A stretch of DNA of 28,759 bases from Candidatus Bathyarchaeota archaeon (GCA_963697165.1 CAVOMX010000002.1:1-28759); one strand, 5' to 3'. Counted from the stretch's first letter, positions 10,164 to 19,729 are shown. Translations and numbers: made by a program. Notes: generated by a model from the sequence alone, not told the origin.

Positions 10164-10515
10164 ATGCTCGCTAAAAACTCCCAAAACGAAAACGATAATG
10201 ATGAAAACCTGCAAGAAAAACTGCGGGAAATCAAAGGTCAGGAAGGAATCATTGGATACATATTGCGTGGTCAAAAATCAGCAGCAATAGATCTGAAGGA
10301 CCCCACAAAAATAATTGAGTATGCCGTCTTTTCATCTGCAGTCTTTGATATTAGCCAGCAACATGACCGATACTCTGCAGGTGGGAGAGGTAGACACAAT
10401 AGTTGTAGAGAGCGAAAAAACCAAACTGCTGTCCATGAACGTCAACGACCAACGCCTAAGCATATTCATGGAAAAGAGTGTTGACCACAACAAGCTATAC
10501 AATGAACTAAAATAA
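10164..10515 (+). CDS. roadblock/LC7 (MglB-like) domain protein; one frameshift near 10355
   Basis: LREIKGQEGIIGYILR...YAVFSSAVFD, then MTDTLQVGEVDTIVVESEKTKLLSMNVNDQRLSIF: the secondary-structure pattern of roadblock proteins. Confidence 0.7.
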
Positions 10516-10542
10516 ATTCCCCCCTTTTTTAAAGGATTTTTT
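10516..10542 (+). terminator. pyrimidine/oligo-T archaeal terminator
   Basis: TTCCCCCCTTTTTT followed by a second T-tract directly after the stop of the roadblock gene. Confidence 0.5.
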
Positions 10543-10767
10543 TATCAACTTCTTCTGTATGCCTCACGTTTTTTCAATTTTCAACAATGGAAAACATTAT
10601 TGTTCTCTATTTAGTTCAAACTGATGACACAATTGTTACGTTGTCTTCAGAGCGGTTCAGCAATTGCCAGTCAGAGATAAATCTAAAAGGCTAATTGCTG
10701 TAACTGGTTTCTACGTCGTAACATATTTGTTAATGTTCGATTTTGACAAGATGCTGAGTTGAAAAAC

Positions 10768-11605
10768 ATGGGAAAGCTGATGGGATTCCTTCAGATAATA
10801 CGACCACCGAACTGTCATAATGATGGGTTTTGCAGTGATCGTGGGAGCTTCTCTGGTTTCCAGCCTCAGCTTCACATCAAATTTGCTCTTGGGCTTTGTA
10901 ACCTCATTTGCCTTAACCGCCGCGTCCATGGTGATAAACGATTTCTACGACCGCAAAATCGACGCCATAAACGAGCCAAACCGTCCCATTCCAAGAGGTG
11001 ACGTTAGCCCAAAACAAGCCCTGATTTTCGCCGTTGCTTTGAGCATACTTGGATTAACAGCAGCCTTCAGAACTAACCTCCCAAGCCTTGTGTTGGCAGT
11101 GATAGCATGGATCATATCCATAACATACATCACCAAAGGAAAGGGCACAGGGCTACCCGGAAATTTTTTGGTCAGCGCAACTGTTGTAATTCCCTTTGTT
11201 TACGGCGGATTAGCGATCGGACAACTTGAAACATCCACCTTACTGTTTGTTGCAATCGTATTTCTTTCAAACACAGGAAGAGAAATAACAAAAGGGATAG
11301 TGGACGTTGAAGGCGACCGATCCCACAACATTAAAACAATCGCAGTGACACAAGGAGAACGAACAGCGGCAATAATTGCAGCAATTTTTTCTCTTTTGGC
11401 TGTCAGCCTCAGCCCATTACCGTGGATTTGGGGGATCGTTTCAAACTGGTTTCTTCCTCCAGTAATCTTAACCGACCTAGGGCTGATAGGCTCTTCTGTT
11501 CTGCTTCTCCGAGACTATTCCAGAACTAACGCTAAAAAAATAAAGAGTCTGAGCCTAGCATGGTTTGTTACTGGACTCTTGGCTTTCATCCTAGGAACAA
11601 TATAA
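10768..11605 (+). CDS. geranylgeranylglycerol-phosphate geranylgeranyltransferase (DGGGP synthase, UbiA family); N-terminal frameshift
   Basis: MGKLMGFLQIIRPPNC, then NDFYDRKIDAINEPNRPIPRG and REITKGIVDVEGD motifs; multiple TM helices. Confidence 0.88.
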
Positions 11606-11621
11606 ACGCTATAAAAACGGA

Positions 11622-11948
11622 TTATCCAATTTTGCTTCCTGCAGCAATTTCCTTTTCAGGACCAATCAGCGCTACATTTCCCATAATGTCTTCGGCGGCT
11701 AGAATCATACACTGGGATTCAATGCCCATAAGTTTTCTTCTCGGCAGATTAATTATAAAAACAAATTTTTTGCCCACCATCTCTTCAGGTTCATAATAGT
11801 TCAATAGGCCAGCCACGCATTGCCTCTTTTCAAAACCAAAATCGACAATAAGCTTAATCAGACTTCTTGATTCAGGAATCTGTTCTGCTTCTTCAACTTC
11901 GCCAATGCGTATATCAAGCTTCTTGAAGTCCTCAAACGTTATCTCCAT
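11622..11948 (-). CDS. stand-alone tRNA-binding OB-fold protein (MetG C-terminal/Trbp111/CsaA-like)
   Basis: ITFEDFKKLDIRIG...VDFG..KRQCVAGL...NLPRRKLMGIESQCMILAA. Confidence 0.88.
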   Translation of the reverse strand: MEITFEDFKKLDIRIGEVEEAEQIPESRSLIKLIVDFGFEKRQCVAGLLNYYEPEEMVGKKFVFIINLPRRKLMGIESQCMILAAEDIMGNVALIGPEKEIAAGSKIG

Positions 11949-12407
11949 TCAAGCCACCAACAACCATTTCATTCAGGTTCCCAAAATTTTAAACTTTTGT
12001 CATTCAAACCTGACCAGAATGGAATGAAACGAAAAAATATAATGGACGGGTCATAGGTTTTTTATTTCTGGCGTAAACACGAAAGTAGGAGTTCCTTTCT
12101 TGTAAGTGATACCTTGAGCATTAGCAGAATTGAGCTCTGGCACTACAAGAGATATGACTGAATCAATAAATCTTCCAATTAACCTCTAAACTTGGACACC
12201 GATTTTCTTGGTCAATTTGGAAACCTCAATTTTAATTTTTGAAAAATGAATGTTAAACTAAAAACTTGTTTATTCTTTGTTAGCGAAGATTCTCTAATCA
12301 ACTTCAAGTAGATTCCGAGAGCATATGTCGTAACCGAGTTCTGATTAGAATTTCTGCTTCGATACTTATTTATTCCTTTGTGGCAAGGTTGTTAGAAGGA
12401 AGAACCT

Positions 12408-13436
12408 ATGAAGGTTGGAGTGTTAAGTGGGGGGGGCGATGCTCCGGGAATCAATGCTGTCATTCGTGCAGTAGTGCGAAAGGGTATCCGGAACTACGGT
12501 TACGAAATGGTTGGAATAACGGACGGGTGGCTGGGACTAGTTGAAGGCTCCTTCACTTCCCTGAATCTGGAAACAATTTCTGGGCTGCTTCCCCGTGGAG
12601 GATCAATTTTAGGAACCTCCAGAACTAACCCGTTCAAACGTGAAGGAGACGCCCAAAAGGTTCTAGATAATGTCCGAGAGCAGGGTATAGACGCGTTAGT
12701 TGTTATCGGAGGCGACGACACTCTGGGGGTAGCCCACAAAATGGGTGAACTGGGTCTCAAGTGCGTTGGAGTGCCAAAAACAATTGATAACGACCTATGC
12801 TTAACCGACTATACTTTCGGTTTTAACACTGCCGTTCACATAGCATGCGAAGCTATAGATAGGCTTCACACAACGGCTGAGGCTCATCATAGGGTAATGA
12901 TTCTTGAAGTGATGGGCAGATACACTGGATGGATTGCCCTAGAGGCGGGAATCGCTGGAGGCGCAGACATTGTTTTGATACCAGAGAAGCCCTTTGACAT
13001 AGATGAGGTATGTCGGCATATTATGCAGCGGCTGGAATGCGGCAAATCCTTCAGCCTGGTTGTTGTTTCTGAGGGAGCGAAACCGAAAGGCGCCAAAACA
13101 ATAGTTTATGGAACAGGTTCAGACGAGTTTGGAAACCCTAGGCTCGGTGGCGTAGGCTACTATGTTGGAAAGGAGATTGAAAAGTGCACAGGAATCGAAA
13201 CGCGTGTTGTGGTTCTTGGACATCTTCAACGTGGCGGTTCTCCGACAGCTTTTGATCGGGTGTTAGCGACAAGATATGGAATAGCCGCCATTGACTTGGT
13301 TCATGATGGTCTGTTTGGAAAGATGGTTGCGCTTCAAGGAAACCAGATAGTTTCTGTTCTGCTAAAGGATGTAATTGGCAAGCGGAAAACTGTTGACTTG
13401 GAGCTCTATAAGATAACTGAAGTCTTTTCAGGTTAA
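12408..13436 (+). CDS. pfp: PfkA-family phosphofructokinase, probably PPi-dependent
   Basis: SGGDAPGIN, GGSILGTSR, GGDDT, PKTIDND, EVMGR and LGHLQRGG. Asp in GGDD and Lys in PKTIDND are the established PPi-specificity residues. Confidence 0.85.
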   Translation: MKVGVLSGGGDAPGINAVIRAVVRKGIRNYGYEMVGITDGWLGLVEGSFTSLNLETISGLLPRGGSILGTSRTNPFKREGDAQKVLDNVREQGIDALVVIGGDDTLGVAHKMGELGLKCVGVPKTIDNDLCLTDYTFGFNTAVHIACEAIDRLHTTAEAHHRVMILEVMGRYTGWIALEAGIAGGADIVLIPEKPFDIDEVCRHIMQRLECGKSFSLVVVSEGAKPKGAKTIVYGTGSDEFGNPRLGGVGYYVGKEIEKCTGIETRVVVLGHLQRGGSPTAFDRVLATRYGIAAIDLVHDGLFGKMVALQGNQIVSVLLKDVIGKRKTVDLELYKITEVFSG

Positions 13437-13541
13437 CCATGAGTGCCATTATATTTGTGAATTCTATCTGAAACTGTCGTTAAAAGAGAAAAATAGTAGA
13501 AAGTTGAGGAGCATCTCTCCTCTCGGCTTGTTCCTTTTTTG

Positions 13542-14096
13542 TTAGCTACTTACTTTTTTAACGTAAACCGTTGCTACCATGCAATCTCCTAATCGTAGGC
13601 AAAGAATGCACTCTTGAGGAATGGGCGAATCCTTTGGTCTGCTTGCCAGATATCCGAAGTGGTGAAGGCATCCTGAGAAGAACTTTTCTTCGCGAGCAGC
13701 CGGATTTTCTTCTTTTGCCACAGATTTGACTGCAGACTGTACGCTATTACTTGGTTTTTTCTCACTCATTTTTTGAGCTTGCATTACCATTGCTTGTTGT
13801 GGTTCTGTTGCGAAGATACGGTTTCTTAGGAACAGCACTAATCCAGCAGAAAAGAGTGACACACCAATTAAGAAGTAGTGGATGACTGCCATGCCTATTC
13901 CTAGGCTGATTGCTTCGCCTGTTCTGGACCCCAAGAATATGGTGCCGATGTCCTTATTCCAAACGTATATATCTTTCCATATCAGAAAGCCAACCCAGGC
14001 TAGAACAAGTGCCCCACAGGCAAATAACGCTATCATTATTAATTTTGGCATGGAACGAATAAAATCAAATTTTGACAACCGTAATTCTTGTGACAT
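13542..14096 (-). CDS. 2-TM membrane protein with C-terminal Cys/His putative zinc-binding module
   Basis: Two hydrophobic helices, a low-complexity linker, then CLHHFGYLASRPKDSPIPQECILCLRLGDC. Confidence 0.7.
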   Translation of the reverse strand: MSQELRLSKFDFIRSMPKLIMIALFACGALVLAWVGFLIWKDIYVWNKDIGTIFLGSRTGEAISLGIGMAVIHYFLIGVSLFSAGLVLFLRNRIFATEPQQAMVMQAQKMSEKKPSNSVQSAVKSVAKEENPAAREEKFFSGCLHHFGYLASRPKDSPIPQECILCLRLGDCMVATVYVKKVSS

Positions 14097-14426
14097 CTCG
14101 TTTCCTCAATCTAAATTTCCAGGTGTTCTACTCTTTTTAGAAAGAACTATTTAGTTTTGATGAATCCAGAATATTTTTTACCAATTCAGAATACTATTTT
14201 GGTTTTCTGAACACTTAACGAAAAGAATCTCTCTAAGGATTCGAAATAATGGTAAGTGTTTGTCTTCAAAGAATCCTGCTTTTCTTACGATTTCCCTTTT
14301 CGATTTAGGGACTTTGATAATTCCTATTTACTCTCCGTTCTTTACGATTTTCAAATCTATTTGTTCGAAAACACTTTGAAATATAGACACATTGGCAGTC
14401 TCTTATGACGATGGTTTTCCAGATTT

Positions 14427-14548
14427 TTTGAAGATTCGACTAACCTAAGATTTTGATAAAAAAATTAACTTATAATATAAAAGAAGTTGTTAACCATAAG
14501 CCTGCAGTGCTGTTCATCAACTTCTAATGCTAGAGATTACATGCATGC
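14427..14548 (+). repeat. about 120-bp dispersed direct repeat, copy 1
   Basis: TTTGAAGATTCGACTAACCTAA...GTTAACCAT..CTGCAG..TGTTCATCAA.TTCTAAT...ATGCATGC aligns with 17883-18002. Confidence 0.9.
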
Positions 14549-14783
14549 CTAGGATTTGGAAATATTTTTGTTACATCAACCTCTTCCTTTGACAAACACA
14601 AAATAGACCATACCCCAGAAACCGACATATCCACCCTCAAACTCTCACAGATCCTCGCACAAATTTGGTTGCCTTTGGAGTTAAAATGCGCACGCGTCAA
14701 TTACATTGCTACTTTAACAAATAAAAGAAGAACACAATATAGAATAACCTAATCTACAGTGAAAAAGAAGAGGAGCATTCGCT

Positions 14784-16565
14784 TTGACAACTCAACAAGT
14801 CACATGGGATTTATCAGAACTTTTCCCCAGCATAACTGACCCCAAAATCAACCAAGCCATCGCAGAAGCCACAGCTTTGGCAAACGCGTTTGAGAAGACT
14901 TACCGGGGCAAAATAGCCAATCTAAATACTGATGACTTGCTGCGGTGCCTTAGAAGTATGGAGGGCTTTGAGGCTAAATTTAGCGATATAACCCTGTATT
15001 CAAGCCTCTCTTTTTCTGCAAACATGACTTTGCCCCTTACACAGTCGTTAAATGATAGAGTAAAAAAGTTGAATGCAGCAGTTGAAAAGCAACTCACGTT
15101 TTATCAACTGGAGCTTGGCGCCTTGTTGAAACGTAACCCTCAAATCATCGGGGAACCAGCTTTACGCAATTATAGACACATGCTGGAACGGGTTTATCGA
15201 AATGTTAAGCACCAACTATCTGAAGTTGAAGAGCAATTAATCATCGAGAAAGACCAGTTTGGCGTAGATGCTTGGAAAGAGCTGCAAAGCAAATGGCTCA
15301 ACACCCGCGTGTTTGATGTAACGGTTTTAGGAGAAAAAAAGACACTCTCCTACGGAGAAGCCAATGGTTTACTACCACATCTCGACCGAGCCACAAGAGA
15401 ATCCGCCAACAAATCCATCTACGAATTGCTCGGTAAAGATGGAGAAATTTTCGCTTCAGCTTTGCGCAGTATATGTAATGATTGGGTAAATGTTTCTCAA
15501 CGAAGAAACTACGAATCACCAATGGAGTCCAGCCTAATCAGCAACGACACCGAGCAGGGCATAATTGATAATTTGCTCAGAACCATTGAAGAAAACGCTG
15601 GAATTTATCGGCGTTACCTAAAGCTCAAAGCTAAACTGATGGAGCTACCAGTGTTAGGTAACCATGATATTGTAGCGCCACTGCCTGGCTTGCCAGAACC
15701 AAAATTCACATTTCAACAAGCACAAGACTTGATCACCCAAGCATATAGCCGCTTGGACACTCAATACGCTACTGCAGTTGAAGAAATGTTCTCCAAACGC
15801 CACATCGACGCTGCACCACGCTTTGGCAAACGCAATGGCGCCTTCTGCGCAAGCTACTACAACGGTAAATCAGCATATATCCTAAATAGCTTCAACGGAA
15901 CACTAAGCGACGTTTTCACCCTAGCCCATGAACTTGGACACGCTACCCATGACTGGTATGCCTCAAGAACCCAAACACTACTAAACATGGATGTCCCCTC
16001 GATTGTAGCTGAGGTAGCATCAATTTTTGGAGAGCTTTTGCTAACAGACCTACTTCTTGATGAGGCAAAATCTGATGCTGAACAAAAAGCAGTGCTCTGC
16101 TTGGTTTTAGATGAAGCAGGAATGACAACCTTCCAAGTTACCGCGCGTGTATGGTTTGAGCAGGCACTTTACGCTTCCATTCAGAAAGACGAATTTCTGG
16201 ATTACAAGACTATTTGCAGTCACTGGACAGCGGCACGAGACCGCATTTACGGAAACACAGTAACTTGGTCTCCAGAAATGGACGCCGAATGGACGATGAA
16301 ACCACACTATTACATGACAAACTACCGCTTCTACAACTACCCGTACGTTTACGCTCAAATGTTCGTATACTCCCTGTACGAACATTACCTGCAAGAGGGC
16401 AAAGAGTTTGTGCCTAAACTAAAGGAAGCGTTGTCAGCAGGCAGCAGCTTATCACCATTGGAAATCGGCAACATATTCGACTTAAACGTTGCAGCACCTA
16501 ACTTTTGGAACAACGGCATAAAAGTGTTCGAACGCTTCGTCGTTAATTTACAGAAAATAATCTAG
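14784..16565 (+). CDS. pepF: M3B-family oligoendopeptidase F
   Basis: WDLSELF start, GKRNGAFC, TLAHELGHATH zinc motif, AEVASIFGE and FYNYPY; TTG start after GAGGAG. Confidence 0.9.
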   Translation: MTTQQVTWDLSELFPSITDPKINQAIAEATALANAFEKTYRGKIANLNTDDLLRCLRSMEGFEAKFSDITLYSSLSFSANMTLPLTQSLNDRVKKLNAAVEKQLTFYQLELGALLKRNPQIIGEPALRNYRHMLERVYRNVKHQLSEVEEQLIIEKDQFGVDAWKELQSKWLNTRVFDVTVLGEKKTLSYGEANGLLPHLDRATRESANKSIYELLGKDGEIFASALRSICNDWVNVSQRRNYESPMESSLISNDTEQGIIDNLLRTIEENAGIYRRYLKLKAKLMELPVLGNHDIVAPLPGLPEPKFTFQQAQDLITQAYSRLDTQYATAVEEMFSKRHIDAAPRFGKRNGAFCASYYNGKSAYILNSFNGTLSDVFTLAHELGHATHDWYASRTQTLLNMDVPSIVAEVASIFGELLLTDLLLDEAKSDAEQKAVLCLVLDEAGMTTFQVTARVWFEQALYASIQKDEFLDYKTICSHWTAARDRIYGNTVTWSPEMDAEWTMKPHYYMTNYRFYNYPYVYAQMFVYSLYEHYLQEGKEFVPKLKEALSAGSSLSPLEIGNIFDLNVAAPNFWNNGIKVFERFVVNLQKII

Positions 16566-16688
16566 CCATTAAAGGCATGGCAAAAGCCGAAAGTTTTCAC
16601 ATTTGCCCTTAAAATCCAAATACAAGTCAGCCCAGCTAAACGACCACTAATCTTAATTTTGGCTGTTCATTTAAGTGAAGGCACGCGC

Positions 16689-16961
16689 ATGACTATGATC
16701 CAAGTTCCAACTCCGCTAGTTTTCCTCGTGATCTTGAACATTATCTCAATGATATTCTTTGGAGTGGACAAGTTGAAAAGTGTGAGGGGAGGATGGAGGA
16801 TTCCGGAGTGGAGGCTTCTGTTGGTTGCACTTTTCGGACCGTTCGGGGCCTACACGGGTATGCTGCTCTTCAGGCATAAGACTCGTAAGGCCAAGTTCCT
16901 TATGGTCCCGATCTTCCTGTTTATCCAATTATGTTTGATAGTGTATTTTCACCTCATTTGA
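16689..16961 (+). CDS. DUF1294 family membrane protein
   Basis: FGVDKLKS..GGWRIPE..LL...GPFGAYTGMLLFRHKTRK. Confidence 0.85.
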   Translation: MTMIQVPTPLVFLVILNIISMIFFGVDKLKSVRGGWRIPEWRLLLVALFGPFGAYTGMLLFRHKTRKAKFLMVPIFLFIQLCLIVYFHLI

Positions 16962-17098
16962 AGCAACGCATACAACACCATAGTCTTTACCAAACCCAAA
17001 TAAAAGTACCTTACGTAATGATTAGTGATTCGGCGCGTGCATTCAAAAAAATCATCATTTGACCACGCACACACAAAGATCACTTTTAGGCAATTTTT

Positions 17099-17752
17099 TC
17101 ATACTGGAAGCCTCTTACATTCAGCTTCATATTCACAGATTCTGCATTTATTACGATTCACCGTTGAAATGGCTTCTCTTTCTTCTTTCCAGAATTGAAT
17201 CGCCCATTGGCTAACCTTGATTTTGCCTCTTGTTCATCAAACTTGTTGAGGTAAACAACAGCATTTTCAATAGGCAAAATTCAGCCTTTTTTAGCATATG
17301 TTTGTTTTTGGACAAATCAATTTGCTGTTTCTAACATCAGAATCTTTAGATCAAACTTGATATCTTCATACAGGCAACCATCAGAAAAGATACTCCTTAT
17401 TACTTACTCTAAATTTGAGTATCAAACCAAAGGAAATCGAGTTTCAAACAACCATTCGGTTCTAAATAATGTCATTATACTCTAGAGCAACCATTCCAAT
17501 CAAGACTGGTTCTAAAACTGCTTTTTATTTCTGATCAACATCGCTGCCCAAAAAATTTTCATGACTCTGTGCCATGAATCTTGGTTTCAGTTTCCACTCC
17601 CATAACGATCCTCATTTTTCTTTCACAATAATACTCCCAGAAATATTTTAGCAAACGACTAAACCGAAGCTCTCCCTCGTTCTTCTCTTTCCTTTGGCAA
17701 TCTGCTCCCGCAAAGAATTGTATCTCTCAAGTTGTTTTTTCCAGTCAGTCAT
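17099..17752 (-). pseudogene. decayed exonuclease V/Cas4-like Fe-S PD-(D/E)XK nuclease
   Basis: Manual translation across frames: MTDWKKQLERYN...EYYCERK..GVETETKIHGTE...VVYLNKFDEQEAK...WAIQFWKEEREAISTVNRNKCRICEYEAEC. This is the 1+3 Cys layout. Many stops and shifts; absent from the ORF track. Confidence 0.65.
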
Positions 17753-17882
17753 ATACCCGATTCCATCTTCCTAAAAGATACAACTGAATAAAAAATATGC
17801 TTGAATTTTTAGTTCATTATTTGTTAGATTTGAAATTCATAAACCCTATCAATAAAAAAACTTTTCACCATATGCGCGCGCA

Positions 17883-18002
17883 TTTGAAGATTCGACTAAC
17901 CTAAAATTTTGATTAAAAATCATAAACCTATAACATAAAAGTGTTAACCATCAGTCTGCAGGCTCATGTTCATCAATTTCTAATAAGCTCCTTTATGCAC
18001 GC
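17883..18002 (+). repeat. about 120-bp dispersed direct repeat, copy 2
   Basis: Aligns with 14427-14548. Begins at the palindrome ATGCGCGCGCAT (17872-17883) and ends in ATGCACGC. Confidence 0.9.
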
Positions 18003-18016
18003 ACTTTATAATACTG

Positions 18017-18052
18017 AAAAATGTAGAGTTTGCGAGATTCTTTTCGGGTGAT
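18017..18052 (+). repeat. AAAAAGGGGGAGTTGCGGGA-N6-7-CGGGTG family repeat
   Basis: AAAAATGTAGAGTTTGCGAGATTCTTTTCGGGTGAT; relatives at 18536, 18602, 19670 and 26031. Confidence 0.65.
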
Positions 18053-18162
18053 AATTTTATTCTTCAATTTGGTCTAGTTGAGGATGTTTTATAGCTCCAG
18101 CTAATTAGTAAGTAATTGTATTCGATGTTCCAAATTTTAAAGGAAGAATATCGGAATGACAA

Positions 18163-18537
18163 ATGACGGATTTGATTTACGTGGATAATAAAATTAAAAG
18201 GGCATATTTAGAGAAAAATATGTTGGTCTCTTTTGGAAAAGGAAAAAATGATTTTGTTGCTTTTTGCGATTTCTGTAATAAAAAATTAAGCGGTTCAATA
18301 CGCATTTCTAAAAATAATCTTCCATATGAAATTAAAGTTGATAATGCGGAATTTCACCACTCGGATGGGAACCCAGAAAATGATGTAGTAGAAAATATGA
18401 AACTATATTGTAATTTGTGTCACAAAAATGTACATCGTTGGGGAATAATTCAAAGATGGTTAGAACGGACCGGAAAAACAAAGGAGGATTTACCTGACGC
18501 AAAAAATTTGAAACCTATGACGTTTAGAAAATATTAA
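18163..18537 (+). CDS. HNH endonuclease-like protein
   Basis: CDFC...EFHHSDGNPENDVVENMKLYCNLCHKNVH, an HNH motif with two zinc knuckles. Confidence 0.8.
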   Translation: MTDLIYVDNKIKRAYLEKNMLVSFGKGKNDFVAFCDFCNKKLSGSIRISKNNLPYEIKVDNAEFHHSDGNPENDVVENMKLYCNLCHKNVHRWGIIQRWLERTGKTKEDLPDAKNLKPMTFRKY

Positions 18538-18626
18538 AAAAGGGGGATTTTGCGGGAGATATCTCCATTTGATACCAGGGCAGCAACAACCTAACCCTCA
18601 GAAAATAGGGGAGTTTGTGGGAGAAA
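18536..18626 (+). repeat. two partial copies of the AAAAAGGGGGAGTTGCGGGA family repeat
   Basis: AAAAAAGGGGGATTTTGCGGGAGA (18536-18559) and AAAATAGGGGAGTTTGTGGGAGAAA (18602-18626), between the convergent HNH and guaAB stops. Confidence 0.65.
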
Positions 18627-18641
18627 TCAAGCTCAATCGAA

Positions 18642-19574
18642 TCATTCGAACTCTATGGTTGCTGGTGGCTTATCTGTAACATCATACAAGCATCTAACAA
18701 CAGTTGGCAGTTCATCTGTTATTCTATGGGCAATTTTAAACAATGTTTCATATGCAATTTCTTTGGCTTTTGCAGTTACAGCGTCTTCTGAAACTACAAC
18801 TCTTATTGTAATAATGTTACCATACACTCTTTTCCCATTTTTAATTCCTGTTGCTTTATCATTATGAAGAACAGCAAAATTCTGGAAAGTTCCTAAACTT
18901 AATGTTTCTGCTTCAACTATTTGGGTGGCTTTCCTGACAATAGCAATTTTTTCAGGAGTTACTTCACCTAGAACCCTCAATGACAATGCAGGTCCAGGGA
19001 AAGGCATTCTTTCGGAAATTTCTTTTGGAAGACCTAGTTCTCGAGCTACTTTCCTCACACCGGGTTTGAATAGCTCTTTTAATGGTTCAATTATTAAATA
19101 ACCATACGTTTGAGGATCGATTCCAATTTGTTCTAATACGTTATGTTGTGATTTAATTCCTTGTAATGTTTCCATTATATCCGCTTTTATGGTTCCTTGG
19201 ACAATAAATTTTACATTTTCTTCTTTAGCTACTTTTCCAAAAGTTTTATAGAATTTATCTCTGAATGCTTTACGCTTTTCTTCAGCATCAGTTTTTCCTT
19301 TAAAAATTTGGAAGAACTCTTTTTTCGCATCAATAGATCGAGTGTTAATTCCCCATTTTCTGAGATTTTCAACCACAAATTCGGGTTCTCCCTCTCTTCT
19401 TAATCCATCATTAATGAAAACTGCAATTAGATTATCTCCTACGGCTTTATGTACTAGATAAGTTGCAGTCATGCTGTCCACTCCTCCAGAACAGGCAGAG
19501 ATTACTTTATCATCTCCAACAATTTCTTTAATTTCAACCATAGTTGTTTCAATAAATTCTTTGGCATCTACCAT
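18642..19574 (-). CDS. guaAB: GMP synthase subunit B (ATP pyrophosphatase subunit)
   Basis: SGGVDS PP-loop, AEEKRK, QGTI, IKSQHNV, PFPGP and DVTDKPPATIEFE; no glutaminase domain. Confidence 0.88.
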   Translation of the reverse strand: MVDAKEFIETTMVEIKEIVGDDKVISACSGGVDSMTATYLVHKAVGDNLIAVFINDGLRREGEPEFVVENLRKWGINTRSIDAKKEFFQIFKGKTDAEEKRKAFRDKFYKTFGKVAKEENVKFIVQGTIKADIMETLQGIKSQHNVLEQIGIDPQTYGYLIIEPLKELFKPGVRKVARELGLPKEISERMPFPGPALSLRVLGEVTPEKIAIVRKATQIVEAETLSLGTFQNFAVLHNDKATGIKNGKRVYGNIITIRVVVSEDAVTAKAKEIAYETLFKIAHRITDELPTVVRCLYDVTDKPPATIEFE

Positions 19575-19669
19575 TATGATTACCCCATGTTATTGATTAG
19601 AAAATATTGGCGCTTTTCCTTTTTTAGATTTATCATCAAAACTATGTGAGATTGCTAAAATTAAACCCT

Positions 19670-19702
19670 AAAAAGGGGGGAGTTGCGGGAAATAAACGGG
19701 TG
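19670..19702 (+). repeat. AAAAAGGGGGAGTTGCGGGA-N6-7-CGGGTG family repeat
   Basis: AAAAAGGGGGGAGTTGCGGGAAATAAACGGGTG. Confidence 0.75.
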
Positions 19703-19729
19703 TAAACTAGAAATATAGTTGGTTTTTTT

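Noticed and set aside
12051..12240. Possible minus-strand gene remnant upstream of pfp; similar remnant at about 14180-14400
   Set aside because: Interrupted frames with no recognisable motif; cannot be supported without a homology search.
14784..16565. PepF as the protease releasing the Cys tail
   Set aside because: It lies 6 kb away on the other strand, separated by unrelated modules, and M3B enzymes are general oligopeptidases.
14427..18002. Integron attC sites in the 120-bp repeats
   Set aside because: GACTAAC/GTTAACC do not form a proper RYYYAAC/GTTRRRY pair, no long bottom-strand hairpin is evident, and there is no integrase in the window.
17099..18537. CRISPR-Cas locus from Cas4-like plus HNH genes
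   Set aside because: No array and no cas1, cas2 or effector genes.
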